Source: a virus | IMG/VR virus record: IMGVR_UViG_3300025849_000031 | Location: 3,508-67,507 of that record | Length of the DNA: 64,000 nt | Strand: one strand, 5' to 3' | In this document: piece by piece, positions 1 through 9,594 of the stretch | How the letters are laid out: each line of letters begins with the position of its first letter | Numbering within the stretch: the stretch's first letter is position 1 | Program-made: the position numbers and the translations under genes | Notes under the pieces: model-generated | What the model saw: only the letters and a program-made list of their open reading frames with translations | Databases searched by the model: none | What the model was told of the DNA's origin: nothing

Positions 1-1
1 T

Positions 2-508
2 GACTTTAAGTCAAAACTAACGGGAGGCGGCGCTCGCGCCAACATGTTCAAAGTAACATGTAACTTTCCTGGATACGCACAAGGTGATGTAGAACTTACA
101 TCATTCTTGTGTAAAGGTGCTCAGTTACCAGCATCGATTATCGCTCCAATTGAAGTACCTTTCCGAGGTCGTAAATTGGTAATTGCTGGTGATCGAAGCT
201 TCGAACCTTGGAGCATTACGGTAATCAATGATTCTGAGTTTAGTGTAAGAAATGCATTTGAGCGATGGATGAATGGTATTAATCAGCATAACAATAATGA
301 AGGTCTTGTTGATCCTGTTGAATATCAAGCTGATATGATTGTTGAACAATTGCGTCGTGATGGCAGCGTGTCAAAACGTTACGATTTCCGTGGCACTTGG
401 CCAACGAATGTATCTGCGATCGACGTTAACTATGATACAGAAAATACTATCGAAGAGTTCACGGTTGAGCTACAAGTTCAATACTGGGAATCAGATACCA
501 CTTCTTAA
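2..508 (+). CDS. gp19: Tail tube protein, 5' end truncated by the window edge
   Basis: Frame is open from base 2 (DFKSKLTGGGARANMF...); motifs GR..VIAGDRSFEPWSITVIND and IEEFTVELQVQYW; lies just before the portal gene as in T4. Confidence 0.93.
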   Translation, partial: DFKSKLTGGGARANMFKVTCNFPGYAQGDVELTSFLCKGAQLPASIIAPIEVPFRGRKLVIAGDRSFEPWSITVINDSEFSVRNAFERWMNGINQHNNNEGLVDPVEYQADMIVEQLRRDGSVSKRYDFRGTWPTNVSAIDVNYDTENTIEEFTVELQVQYWESDTTS

Positions 509-514
509 TTGGTG

Positions 515-522
515 TATAAATA
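515..522 (+). promoter_or_regulatory. T4-type late promoter (gp55-dependent)
   Basis: Exact TATAAATA, intergenic, upstream of the portal gene. Confidence 0.8.
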
Positions 523-526
523 GTAG

Positions 527-552
527 TATGAGGGGGAATATTCCCCTTCATA
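527..552 (+). terminator. Stem-loop after gp19 (terminator or 5' stabilising hairpin)
   Basis: Near-perfect inverted repeat tatgagggggaatattccccttcata; only a weak U-tract follows. Confidence 0.5.
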
Positions 553-574
553 TTTACTATGAGGATTATAAGAC

Positions 575-2077
575 ATGGCTGAACTATTTGGCTTTGAGAT
601 AAAAAGAAAAGACGGTAAAAGTGCTGAAAAACCTTCAATAAAAACCTTTGTGCCAGATACAGAATCTGATGGTGCTGGGGTTATTAAAGCTGGTGGTCAT
701 TTTGGTTCATATATCGATCTTGATGGCAATAACGCAAGAAATGAGGCGGACTTAATTATTAAGTACCGTGATATTGCGTCGCATCCTGAATGTGATTCAG
801 CCATTGAAGACATTGTTAATGACGCAATCATTGGAGATTATGATTCATCTCCTGTAAATGTCGTATTAGATAAAGTAGATACTTCTGATGCTATTAAAGA
901 AACGATCAGAAGCGAATTCGATACCATTTTGGCTATGTTAAACTTTAGTCAACATGGTCATGATATATTCAAAAAATGGTATGTTGATGGCCGATTGCCA
1001 TATCATATTGTTATTGATACAAATAACCCTAAAAAGGGTATTCAGGATCTAAGATATATTGATCCTATTATGCTTCGTAAGATTAAAGAAGTCACAGAAG
1101 AAAAAGATCCTAAAACTGGTGCGCTTCTTGTTAGAAAATCAAATGAATTCTTTATGTACTCCGATCCTAATGCACAAAGTGATGTTGGTGGTCGTACAGA
1201 AGCACTAAAGATTCATAAGGATTCAATTGCATATTGCACGTCAGGTATGCTAGATCCATCACGAACAAGGATTCTTTCATACTTACAGAAAGCAGTTAAA
1301 CCAGTTAATCAGCTTCGTATGATGGAAGATTCATTAGTAATCTATCGTATATCACGTGCACCAGAACGAAGAATTTTTTATATTGATGTTGGTAACCTAC
1401 CGAAAGGTAAAGCTGAAGAATACCTAAAAGGTATTATGAATCAATATCGTAATAAACTTGTATACGATGCAAGCACCGGTAACCTTAAAGACGATAAGAA
1501 GCATATGTCAATGCTGGAAGATTTTTTCTTACCACGTCGAGAAGGTGGTAAAGGTACGGAGATTACGACATTACCAGGTGGTGAAAACCTTGGTCAGATT
1601 GATGATATTCTGTACTTCCAGAAGAAACTGTTTAAAGCTTTGAATGTACCACTAGGTCGTTTAGAATCAGATACTGGATTCTCACTAGGCAGATCATCTG
1701 AGATCAACAGGGAAGAAGTTAAGTTTAAGAAGTTTATTGATAAACTAAGAATGAGATTCTCTGATATATTCATGCAGCTACTTAAAACTCAGCTTATTCT
1801 AAAGGGTATTATCACCTCACAAGATTGGGATGAATGGAAAGAAGATATTAACTTTGATTTTATTGAAGATAACTACTTCTCAGAGTTAAAGGAGTCTGAA
1901 ATGATTCAACAGCGATTTGGTATGATGAGAGATATAGAAGACTATATTGGTAAGTATGTATCTCATCAATGGGTACTTAAAAATATTCTTCGACAAACTG
2001 AAGAAGAAATATTACAGATGCAGAAGGAAATCGCTGATGAAGGCGGTGGTCCAGATGCTGAAGACGAAGACGAATAA
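575..2077 (+). CDS. gp20: Portal vertex protein
   Basis: 500 aa; motifs LFGFEI, KKWYVDGR, EDSLVIYRISRAPERRIFYIDVGNLPK, MLEDFFLPRREGG. Confidence 0.97.
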   Translation: MAELFGFEIKRKDGKSAEKPSIKTFVPDTESDGAGVIKAGGHFGSYIDLDGNNARNEADLIIKYRDIASHPECDSAIEDIVNDAIIGDYDSSPVNVVLDKVDTSDAIKETIRSEFDTILAMLNFSQHGHDIFKKWYVDGRLPYHIVIDTNNPKKGIQDLRYIDPIMLRKIKEVTEEKDPKTGALLVRKSNEFFMYSDPNAQSDVGGRTEALKIHKDSIAYCTSGMLDPSRTRILSYLQKAVKPVNQLRMMEDSLVIYRISRAPERRIFYIDVGNLPKGKAEEYLKGIMNQYRNKLVYDASTGNLKDDKKHMSMLEDFFLPRREGGKGTEITTLPGGENLGQIDDILYFQKKLFKALNVPLGRLESDTGFSLGRSSEINREEVKFKKFIDKLRMRFSDIFMQLLKTQLILKGIITSQDWDEWKEDINFDFIEDNYFSELKESEMIQQRFGMMRDIEDYIGKYVSHQWVLKNILRQTEEEILQMQKEIADEGGGPDAEDEDE

Positions 2078-2096
2078 CTGTAGAAATTTAAAATAG

Positions 2097-2104
2097 TATA
2101 AATA
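2097..2104 (+). promoter_or_regulatory. T4-type late promoter
   Basis: Exact TATAAATA, intergenic, upstream of prohead core genes. Confidence 0.75.
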
Positions 2105-2125
2105 TATAATACACAAGAGGATATT

Positions 2126-2290
2126 ATGGACATAGTAGAATTAATTGATAACATTCAACAAGGTGATAATGTTGGCGCAAAAAGAGAATTTGATACTGTA
2201 ATGGGTCAAAAGCTTACTGCCGCTTTAGATGCAAGAAAGATTGAAATTGCATCAACATTAGGTCAACCAGAACAAACAGAAGAAGAATAA
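2126..2290 (+). CDS. Small prohead core protein (gp67-like), 54 aa, below the ORF-track cutoff
   Basis: ATG at 2126 with GAGG RBS; MDIVELIDNIQQGDNVGAKREFDTVMGQKLTAALDARKIEIASTLGQPEQTEEE; sits between gp20 and gp21. Confidence 0.75.
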   Translation: MDIVELIDNIQQGDNVGAKREFDTVMGQKLTAALDARKIEIASTLGQPEQTEEE

Positions 2291-2291
2291 T

Positions 2292-2528
2292 ATGTTAACA
2301 TTTGCCGAGCTTCGAGAAGCAATCAAACTATCATCTGGCGAAAAGCAAATTAAAAAGCTTAAAGCTGGTAAGAAGAAGAAGATTGATCTTGTAATCACAC
2401 AAAAGGGTAATAAGTTTGCTGTATATGTTAATGGCGATCAGCTCGACGATTCTTTTAAGAGTGCTAAGGAAGCTGAAAAGAATGCAAATGACTTCATTAA
2501 ACTTATGGGCGAGGAACTCGAAAAATGA
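2292..2528 (+). CDS. Prohead core protein (gp68 position)
   Basis: 78 aa, Lys-rich; N-terminus MLTFAELRE resembles a gp21 cleavage leader; synteny. Confidence 0.6.
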   Translation: MLTFAELREAIKLSSGEKQIKKLKAGKKKKIDLVITQKGNKFAVYVNGDQLDDSFKSAKEAEKNANDFIKLMGEELEK

Positions 2529-3181
2529 AATTAATATCTGAGTATCATGATAGTAACCTGCAGGTTATTAGTGAAGAAAGAAAAGACGGTAAGAAAGAAT
2601 ACGTTATTGAAGGTGTATTCATGCAAGCCGATAAAGCAAATAGAAATGGACGCATTTATGAGAAAAGCATCTTAGAAGCTGCTGTAAATAAATACGTTAA
2701 AGAGCAAGTTGAAACTGGTCGTGCTGTTGGTGAGTTAAATCACCCTGATGGACCTGGTATTAACTTGGATAAAGTTTCACATAAGATCACTGAACTTCGT
2801 TTTGAAGGTAGTGATGTTATTGGAAAGGCATCAATTTTACAAACTCCTATGGGAAAGATCGTTGAAGGTCTACTTGAAGGTGGTGTAAAGCTTGGTGTAT
2901 CAAGTCGTGGTATGGGTAGTCTTGAGAAAAAAAATGGTGTCATGCAAGTCGGTAAAGATTTCATGTTAGCAACTGTTGATATAGTACAGGATCCGTCTGC
3001 TCCCGAAGCATTCGTTAATGGTATTATGGAAGGTGTTGACTGGGTCTGGGACAATGGCATCCTTAAACCTCAAGAAATTGAAAAAATTGAGACTGAAATA
3101 AAAGAAGCTCGAAATATGCGTTCATCGGATATTGAGATTAAAGCTTTTAAGAATTTCCTCTCTAAACTTGTAAACTCCTAA
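2525..3181 (+). CDS. gp21: Prohead protease
   Basis: IEGVFMQA, NRNGRIY, GELNHP, GVSSRGMGSL and DIVQDPSAPEAFVNGIME motifs. Confidence 0.97.
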   Translation: MKLISEYHDSNLQVISEERKDGKKEYVIEGVFMQADKANRNGRIYEKSILEAAVNKYVKEQVETGRAVGELNHPDGPGINLDKVSHKITELRFEGSDVIGKASILQTPMGKIVEGLLEGGVKLGVSSRGMGSLEKKNGVMQVGKDFMLATVDIVQDPSAPEAFVNGIMEGVDWVWDNGILKPQEIEKIETEIKEARNMRSSDIEIKAFKNFLSKLVNS

Positions 3182-3194
3182 GGAGATATAAAAT

Positions 3195-4319
3195 ATGTCT
3201 ATTGTAAACGAAGACATTGATAATGCAGAGCTAAGTGAAGAGCTCGTTGATGAGACACAAGTTGATTCATTAGACGAGGAAACACTTGAAGAGAAAGCTG
3301 CAGTCAAAAAGGAAGAAGACGAAGTCGATGAAGATGAGGACGAAGATGAAGTTGAAGTTGATGAAGGCGCTGAAGATGGCGTTGACGGCGGAGACGGTTC
3401 TGATGTTGGTTCTGATCAAGAAATTCCTAAGACTAAAGCTGGCATCTTGAATGCTGCATATTCAATGATGAAAAAAGCTAAGAAAGATGAAGCTATTAAA
3501 TTGTACCAAGGTATGATGAAAGCTGCTAATGTGAATGAAGATGTTGATGTTGAAGATGCTCTTGTATCTGAAAATGCCGATGTTTCTCACATTGACTATC
3601 AAGAAGATCTTGATGTACTAGTTGCTGAAGAAGCTACGCTATCCGATGGATTCCGTGGTAAAGCATCTACAATCTTTGAAGCCGCTTTAAAAACTAAAGT
3701 TGGTGCTGAGATTGATCGTCTTGAGAGTGAATACGCTCAAAACCTAGAAGAAGAAGTTTCTTCTGTTAAAACTGATTTAGTTGAGAAGGTTGATTCCTAC
3801 TTGAACTATGTAGTTGAAGGCTGGATGGGAGCCAATGAAGTTGCTGTTGAAGCAGGTCTACGTACCGAAATCGCAGAATCATTCATGACTTCTTTGCAAG
3901 GCGTATTTAAAGAGCACTATGTTAGTGTTCCTGAAGGCAAGGATGACTTGGTTGACGAATTGTCAGAACAAGTAGCTGAGCTAGAAGAGCAACTCAATAA
4001 AACCACTGACGAGAATATCCAATTATTCACATCCGTACAAGAGTCACAACGTGCAGATGTAGTAAGAAAATATACCTCTGACCTCGCAGCTACTGAAGCT
4101 GAAAAACTTTCTTCTTTGGTTGAAGATATAGAATTTGGCGATAGCGAAACTTTCGATATGAAAGTCAAGACTATCAAAGAATCTTACTTCATGAAAGAGT
4201 CTGTTGAATCAGAATCAGAAGTTGATAAAGTTGTTGGAACAGAACAAGCTCTTATTGAGCAAACTTCTGATTCAATGTCAAGATACACCTCAGCACTTAG
4301 TTCACACGTATTTAAGTAA
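3195..4319 (+). CDS. gp22: Prohead scaffolding core protein
   Basis: Acidic coiled coil; KASTIFEAA, KVDSYLNYVVEGW, FKEHYVSVPE motifs; between gp21 and gp23. Confidence 0.93.
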   Translation: MSIVNEDIDNAELSEELVDETQVDSLDEETLEEKAAVKKEEDEVDEDEDEDEVEVDEGAEDGVDGGDGSDVGSDQEIPKTKAGILNAAYSMMKKAKKDEAIKLYQGMMKAANVNEDVDVEDALVSENADVSHIDYQEDLDVLVAEEATLSDGFRGKASTIFEAALKTKVGAEIDRLESEYAQNLEEEVSSVKTDLVEKVDSYLNYVVEGWMGANEVAVEAGLRTEIAESFMTSLQGVFKEHYVSVPEGKDDLVDELSEQVAELEEQLNKTTDENIQLFTSVQESQRADVVRKYTSDLAATEAEKLSSLVEDIEFGDSETFDMKVKTIKESYFMKESVESESEVDKVVGTEQALIEQTSDSMSRYTSALSSHVFK

Positions 4320-4369
4320 GCTGTAAAACTATTTTTTTTTAAAAATAAACATTACTAGGAGAAACTAAA

Positions 4370-5818
4370 ATGTTTAAATCAGATCAAGTCCTTATGGAAA
4401 AATGGGCTCCAGTATTGGATCACGCAAGTGCACCAATTATCGAGTCATCAGAAAAGCGTGCAGTAACTGCTCGTCTTCTCGAAAACACTGAAGAAGCTTT
4501 GCGTGCTGAAAGCGCTCAAGCTTCTTACTCAATCTCTGAAGGTGTTGGTGATGGTAACCAAAACGTTCAGTCTGTCGAAAATCCAGATCCAGTATTGATT
4601 TCATTGGTACGTCGTGCAATGCCTAACCTTATTGCATATGATGTTGCTGGTGTACAGCCAATGTCTGGTCCTACTGGCCTTATCTTCGCTATGAAAGCAC
4701 GTTATGCTAACGCTGACGGTTCTCAAATCGAAGTTGGCGATGCTGAAGCATTCAAAGATGCTGCTGATACAGACTTCTCTGGTGCTGGTACTGATCGTGC
4801 TCCAAGCGCCGGTGTTGTAGCTGCTACAACTTTGGCTGCAGGTGATATTGCTCAAATCGTAACTGTTGGTAACACTGACTTTAACGCAACTAACGTTGGC
4901 GGTGGTGCTGGCTTTGGTGTTGGTACAATCTTTACACGTGGTTCTGCTGCTCCAACTGGTACAGGTACAGTTGTCAAAATCGGTACTACTGGTACTGGTA
5001 TTGCTACTGCAACTGGTGAAGGTACTACTCCTGCTGAAATGGGTTTCACTGTTGAGAAAGTTTCTGTAACTGCTAAGACACGAGTTCTACAGGCTTCTTA
5101 CACTATGGAATTGGCTCAAGACCTTAAAGCTGTACACGGTCTAGACGCTGAAGCTGAATTGGCTAATATCCTTTCTGCTGAAATTCTTGGTGAAATTAAC
5201 CGTGAAGTAATCCAGCAAATCAATACTCAGGCTAAAGTTGGTGGCGCTGGTACTGGTGCTGGTATCATCGCGTTGGCTGATGCTACTGATAACGGTGGCG
5301 GACGTTGGCAGGCAGAGCGTTTCCAAGCTCTAGCTTTCCGTCTAGAACAGGAAGCTAACACTATCGCTAAGGAAACTCGTCGCGGTAAAGGTAACTATGT
5401 AATCTGCTCAAGTTCAGTTGCTGCTGCTCTATCTGCTGCTGGTGCTTTGGCTTACGGTTCAGGTATCACTGATGGTTCTCTAGTTGTTGATAACGCTGGT
5501 AACACTTTCGCTGGTACTCTTAAGAATGGCATGAAAGTATATGTCGATCCTTATGCCGGTTACGAGTATGCTACTGTTGGTTATAAGGGTACTAACTCTT
5601 ATGACGCTGGTATCTACTACTGCCCATACGTACCATTAACTCAGCTTAAAGCTGTTAATGCCGGTACTTTCCAGCCTAAAGTTGGCTTCAAGACTCGTTA
5701 CGGTCTTGTTTCTAACCCATTCGCTGTTGAGTCAGATGCTGCTATCACAGAGAATCTTGGCACAGTTGGTGCGGGTACTAACCCTTACTTCCGTCGTAAT
5801 CTTATTACTGGTGTATAA
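4370..5818 (+). CDS. gp23: Major capsid protein
   Basis: KWAPVLD, LISLVRRAMPNLIAYDVAGVQPMSGPTGLIFAM, ELAQDLKAVHGLDAEAEL, YCPYVP, FQPKVGFKTRYG. Confidence 0.98.
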   Translation: MFKSDQVLMEKWAPVLDHASAPIIESSEKRAVTARLLENTEEALRAESAQASYSISEGVGDGNQNVQSVENPDPVLISLVRRAMPNLIAYDVAGVQPMSGPTGLIFAMKARYANADGSQIEVGDAEAFKDAADTDFSGAGTDRAPSAGVVAATTLAAGDIAQIVTVGNTDFNATNVGGGAGFGVGTIFTRGSAAPTGTGTVVKIGTTGTGIATATGEGTTPAEMGFTVEKVSVTAKTRVLQASYTMELAQDLKAVHGLDAEAELANILSAEILGEINREVIQQINTQAKVGGAGTGAGIIALADATDNGGGRWQAERFQALAFRLEQEANTIAKETRRGKGNYVICSSSVAAALSAAGALAYGSGITDGSLVVDNAGNTFAGTLKNGMKVYVDPYAGYEYATVGYKGTNSYDAGIYYCPYVPLTQLKAVNAGTFQPKVGFKTRYGLVSNPFAVESDAAITENLGTVGAGTNPYFRRNLITGV

Positions 5819-5850
5819 TTAGTAATAACTTCTTCGAAGTAAACTAGAAA

Positions 5851-5877
5851 GGGGGATCTTCGGATCCCTCTTTTTTT
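5851..5877 (+). terminator. Rho-independent terminator after gp23
   Basis: gggggatc-ttcg-gatccctc stem with UUCG loop followed by a T-run. Confidence 0.9.
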
Positions 5878-5880
5878 ACG

Positions 5881-5888
5881 TATAAATA
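5881..5888 (+). promoter_or_regulatory. T4-type late promoter
   Basis: Exact TATAAATA directly after the terminator and upstream of gp3. Confidence 0.8.
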
Positions 5889-5909
5889 AAGATATAACGG
5901 AGATAAATT

Positions 5910-6377
5910 ATGGCAGTTACAACTAATAAGAACTTTCTAAGTCCTACGGGCTTTCAACTAAAGATGGACTATAACAAGTATCCAAACTTAGAGTACTTCT
6001 GTACGGCTGCAGGTTTACCTGGAATAAATATGGCTGAGGCTGCTGTTCCATATAAAGGTGCTAATATTGGATTTATCGGCGATCGAATCAACTTTGAAGA
6101 TTTGACTATACGCTTTAATGTCACTGAGAACATGGAAAACTATCTTGAAACATTTAATTGGATGAATGACATTGTGAATGGTGCACAAGAAATGAGTGAG
6201 TTAATGTCAGATGCTACTCTTATTATACTAAATTCACATAACAATAAATCAAAGGAAGTACAGTTTAGAGACGTATTCCCAACAGCATTATCTGGTTTGC
6301 AATTTGATACATCGACTGGTGTTGAGTATCTTACTGCTGAAGTAACATTTAAGTACTCATACTTTGAAATAAAATAG
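5910..6377 (+). CDS. gp3: Tail completion / sheath-stabilising protein
   Basis: NFLSPTGF, LEYFC...LPGIN, GDRINFEDLTIRFNVTENMENY motifs; gp23-gp3-uvsY-uvsW order. Confidence 0.85.
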   Translation: MAVTTNKNFLSPTGFQLKMDYNKYPNLEYFCTAAGLPGINMAEAAVPYKGANIGFIGDRINFEDLTIRFNVTENMENYLETFNWMNDIVNGAQEMSELMSDATLIILNSHNNKSKEVQFRDVFPTALSGLQFDTSTGVEYLTAEVTFKYSYFEIK

Positions 6378-6422
6378 GCATATATATATAATTATAATAC
6401 TGATTGATAAGGTTACAACTAT

Positions 6423-6869
6423 ATGATTGATTTAAAATCCATTCTAGAAATGTGGCATAGAGATTGCGTGATAGATGAAATGCAGTTAGATGAAGCATCT
6501 CGCGAATCTGCCAGACTTCATGGTAAATACCTAGAACTTATGAGCATCAATAAGCTTACGTTAAGACGACGTGAAGCTGAGTTTAAAGTATTGCTTAAAA
6601 ATAAGTGGTTACACTATAACGGTAAACTATCTAAGCAAGAGATGGATGATCTCGGTTGGGGTTATGATCCACTTAATGGTCTTACCGTACTTAAAGGAGA
6701 CATGGATAAATTCTATGACTCCGATCCTGTTATACAAGAAGCACAATCTAAAATCGAATACCTTGAAGAACTTGATAAGACTCTAAAAGAAATCTTAGAG
6801 AATGTTAAGTGGCGACATCAGAATATCAAAAATATTATAGAATGGCATAAGTTCACAAGTGGAGTATAA
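6423..6869 (+). CDS. uvsY: Recombination mediator UvsY
   Basis: 148 aa helical protein; LHGKYL, KWRHQNIKNIIEW..F motifs; precedes uvsW. Confidence 0.85.
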   Translation: MIDLKSILEMWHRDCVIDEMQLDEASRESARLHGKYLELMSINKLTLRRREAEFKVLLKNKWLHYNGKLSKQEMDDLGWGYDPLNGLTVLKGDMDKFYDSDPVIQEAQSKIEYLEELDKTLKEILENVKWRHQNIKNIIEWHKFTSGV

Positions 6870-8380
6870 TGGATAAGATCGTTGTATCTAAAGCAAATCA
6901 TGTATTTCTGAATATACAAACAGATCCTGGTATTGAAATGGAATTATCAGATCATTTCTGTTTTTACGTTCCGGGATATAAGTTCATGCCTGCTTATAAA
7001 AACAAGATGTGGGACGGTAAGATACGCTTATATGATGTTCGTAAAAAGCAGTTATATACTGGTTTGTTTAAATACCTTCGTGAGTTTGCTGCATCTCGGG
7101 ATTACGATATAGAAATTGTTGATAATCATCACTATGGTCGAATAGATGCTGTTGAGAATATTGATGTGCCTGCACTATTAAGTGAGTTACATTTAACTGC
7201 AGGTGGTAATAAGATTGAAGCGAGAGGATATCAGCAAGCAGCAGTGCATCATGCTTTGAGTAATAGACAATCCTTACTGCTCTCTCCAACAGCTTCTGGT
7301 AAGTCACTAATCATTTACATGGCAATACGTTATTATTTAAGTACATACACTGACAGAAACGTGTTACTGATTGTGCCGACTACATCTCTTGTAGAACAAA
7401 TGTATTCTGATTTTGGTGATTATAGTCAATACGATGAATGGGATGTAGAAGAGAATTGTCATAAGATTTATGGTGGTAAAGAGAAGTATGATATAAGACA
7501 GCGGGTAGTGATTAGTACATGGCAGTCGATATATAAGGAACGTGCTCCATGGTTTGCTGACTATGGTATGATTATTGGTGATGAAGCACATAACTTTAAA
7601 GCAAAATCATTGACAGCAATCCTCGAGAAGTGTTGTAATGCTAAATATAGAATTGGTACAACAGGCACATTAGATGGAACACAGACACACCAGCTCGTAT
7701 TAGAAGGTTTGTTCGGTCCAGTTCATAAGGTGACTACTACTAAAGCGTTGATTGATTCGAAAGATTTGGCTGATTTAGATGTATCGGTATTACTACTTAA
7801 GTACGCTGATGAATATTGTAAGCAAATCTCAAAGGTGAAGTATCAGGAAGAGATGGACTTTATTGTAAGACATGATCCTCGTAATCAGTTTATATCGAAC
7901 CTTGCTTTAGATCAAGATGGTAATACTCTTATTCTGTTTCAATACGTCGACAAACACGGTAAACCATTACATGATATGTTAACAAAGAAGCTAGAAGAAA
8001 TGGGTAGAACCAATCGTAAGCTATTCTATGTATCTGGTGAAACTGGAGTAGACGACAGGGAGAACATAAGAGCTATTACTGAAGGAGAAGCTGATGCAAT
8101 TATTGTAGCTTCAGTTGGTACGTTCTCTACAGGCATAAATATAAAAAGATTGAACAACATAATCTTTGCATCACCGTCGAAGTCTCAAGTAAGAGTACTT
8201 CAATCAATTGGTAGAGGATTGCGTAAGTCAGCTGATGGTAAAGCTACAAAGGTGTACGATATAGCTGATGATTTACATTGGAAGAGCTCAAAGAATTATA
8301 CGTTGAATCATGCGGCTGAAAGAATAAAGATATATAATAGAGAGAAATTTAAATACAAAGTATATGAGATAAACATATGA
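6869..8380 (+). CDS. uvsW: SF2 DNA helicase UvsW
   Basis: Walker A SPTASGKS, DEAH box, GTTGT, QSIGRGLR. Confidence 0.95.
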   Translation: MDKIVVSKANHVFLNIQTDPGIEMELSDHFCFYVPGYKFMPAYKNKMWDGKIRLYDVRKKQLYTGLFKYLREFAASRDYDIEIVDNHHYGRIDAVENIDVPALLSELHLTAGGNKIEARGYQQAAVHHALSNRQSLLLSPTASGKSLIIYMAIRYYLSTYTDRNVLLIVPTTSLVEQMYSDFGDYSQYDEWDVEENCHKIYGGKEKYDIRQRVVISTWQSIYKERAPWFADYGMIIGDEAHNFKAKSLTAILEKCCNAKYRIGTTGTLDGTQTHQLVLEGLFGPVHKVTTTKALIDSKDLADLDVSVLLLKYADEYCKQISKVKYQEEMDFIVRHDPRNQFISNLALDQDGNTLILFQYVDKHGKPLHDMLTKKLEEMGRTNRKLFYVSGETGVDDRENIRAITEGEADAIIVASVGTFSTGINIKRLNNIIFASPSKSQVRVLQSIGRGLRKSADGKATKVYDIADDLHWKSSKNYTLNHAAERIKIYNREKFKYKVYEINI

Positions 8381-8751
8381 GTGAAATAGAAGAAATGCCA
8401 ATTAGACAATTTAAACTTATGAATGGTGATGAGATCATAGGTTTAGTTGCAAACAATAATGAAACTAACTTTGTAGTAGATAGACCATTTAAAGTAGAAG
8501 CAAATGAGAATAAAGCTGATATGTATCGGTTAGTACCTTGGTTTGATCTCTCTTTAAGTAATACGTTCACCATCGATAAATCGATGGTAGTTGCACATGC
8601 TGCTGTAGCTGGTAACATTAAAGAAACATACGTCAAGTTTGCCATCTCTTTAGATGAAAAGGTTAATGATATTGATGACCTTGATATTGAAGACTTTGAA
8701 GATGACAATACTCCAGATCTGATTCCAGATAAGAATAAAACATACCATTAA
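8377..8751 (+). CDS. Conserved hypothetical protein (Sm-like start FKLMNGDEII)
   Basis: 124 aa ORF coupled to uvsW; fold inferred from pattern only. Confidence 0.6.
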   Translation: MSEIEEMPIRQFKLMNGDEIIGLVANNNETNFVVDRPFKVEANENKADMYRLVPWFDLSLSNTFTIDKSMVVAHAAVAGNIKETYVKFAISLDEKVNDIDDLDIEDFEDDNTPDLIPDKNKTYH

Positions 8752-8787
8752 AATTAGTATACCTCTGCCTCCCCGGTTAACTATATT

Positions 8788-8816
8788 ATTATAACACATA
8801 ATCGCGTATTTGTACA
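8788..8816 (-). promoter_or_regulatory. Antisense sigma70-type promoter
   Basis: Minus strand reads TGTACA-17 nt-TATAAT with extended -10 TG, the same architecture as the + strand early promoters. Confidence 0.7.
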
Positions 8817-8840
8817 CCTTTATTTTAATTAATTTAATGG

Positions 8841-8869
8841 TGTACATTCGCCGTAAACTATGTTATAAT
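8841..8869 (+). promoter_or_regulatory. Sigma70-type early/middle promoter for gp55
   Basis: TGTACA-17 nt-TATAAT with TGn extension. Confidence 0.8.
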
Positions 8870-8891
8870 ATGCTTATTATGGAGATAATAT

Positions 8892-9476
8892 ATGACTAAA
8901 AAACTTAAACCAAAAGAAAAACCACACTACGTCAATAACAGAGAGTTTTCGTACGCTGTTGTCGATTATGTTAAAGCAGTAAATGATGCAATAGCTAAAG
9001 ATGAAGTACCACCAAAGGTGACTGATTATATTGCAACATGTTTCATGAAGATATCTGAAGGCCTGTCTCACAGACCGAACTTTGTTCGGTACACATATCG
9101 TGATGAAATGGTAATGGATGCGGTTGAAAACTGTTTAAGAGCTATTCGTAACTATAATATTGAGACTGCTACACGTACTGGTAATCCTAATGCATTCTCT
9201 TACTTTACTCAGATTTGCTTCTTTGCATTTATTCGACGTATCACGAAAGAAAAGAAACAACAAGATATAAAGCATCGATTCATTGAACGTATGGGTGTTG
9301 AGGATTTCATGGATATGGGTATGGATCAACAGGCTGCAGCTGATACAAGAGCGTATGTTGATCAACTTAAAAGTCGGATTGATATTATTAAGACTAAGGA
9401 CGAAGCTGTTAAGCAGTTTGCAAAGCAAGAAAAGATAGAAGCATCTGCAAAAAAACTTGAATTGTTTATGGTATAG
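8892..9476 (+). CDS. gp55: Late transcription sigma factor
   Basis: HYVNN, FVRYTYRDEMVMDAVENCL, NAFSYFTQICFFAFIRRI.KEKKQ motifs. Confidence 0.96.
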   Translation: MTKKLKPKEKPHYVNNREFSYAVVDYVKAVNDAIAKDEVPPKVTDYIATCFMKISEGLSHRPNFVRYTYRDEMVMDAVENCLRAIRNYNIETATRTGNPNAFSYFTQICFFAFIRRITKEKKQQDIKHRFIERMGVEDFMDMGMDQQAAADTRAYVDQLKSRIDIIKTKDEAVKQFAKQEKIEASAKKLELFMV

Positions 9477-9479
9477 ATT

Positions 9480-9581
9480 ATGATTGACGATATTATTTAT
9501 TGTTTTGCTTACGTTACATGGGGCTTTGTGTTATTCTACGGCTTCAGTTTGTTTTGTGATTTAATTGTTTACTTGGCTTAA
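9480..9581 (+). CDS. Small hydrophobic peptide (33 aa)
   Basis: MIDDIIYCFAYVTWGFVLFYGFSLFCDLIVYLA fills the gap after gp55; weak RBS. Confidence 0.35.
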   Translation: MIDDIIYCFAYVTWGFVLFYGFSLFCDLIVYLA

Positions 9582-9594
9582 AGAGAGAATTATT

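Noticed and set aside
3310-3420. Asp/Glu-rich low-complexity stretch in gp22, and similar in the vWA protein at about 13280-13570
   Set aside because: Acidic linkers are normal for scaffold and vWA/CobT-like proteins; no regular repeat unit.
4331-4350. T9 run and TAAAAATA before gp23 instead of a canonical late promoter
   Set aside because: One mismatch from consensus within a homopolymer; could be a variant promoter or a sequencing error and cannot be resolved here.
5818-5910. Absence of gp24, hoc and soc after gp23
   Set aside because: The gp23-gp3-uvsY-uvsW order is usual for aquatic T4-like phages.
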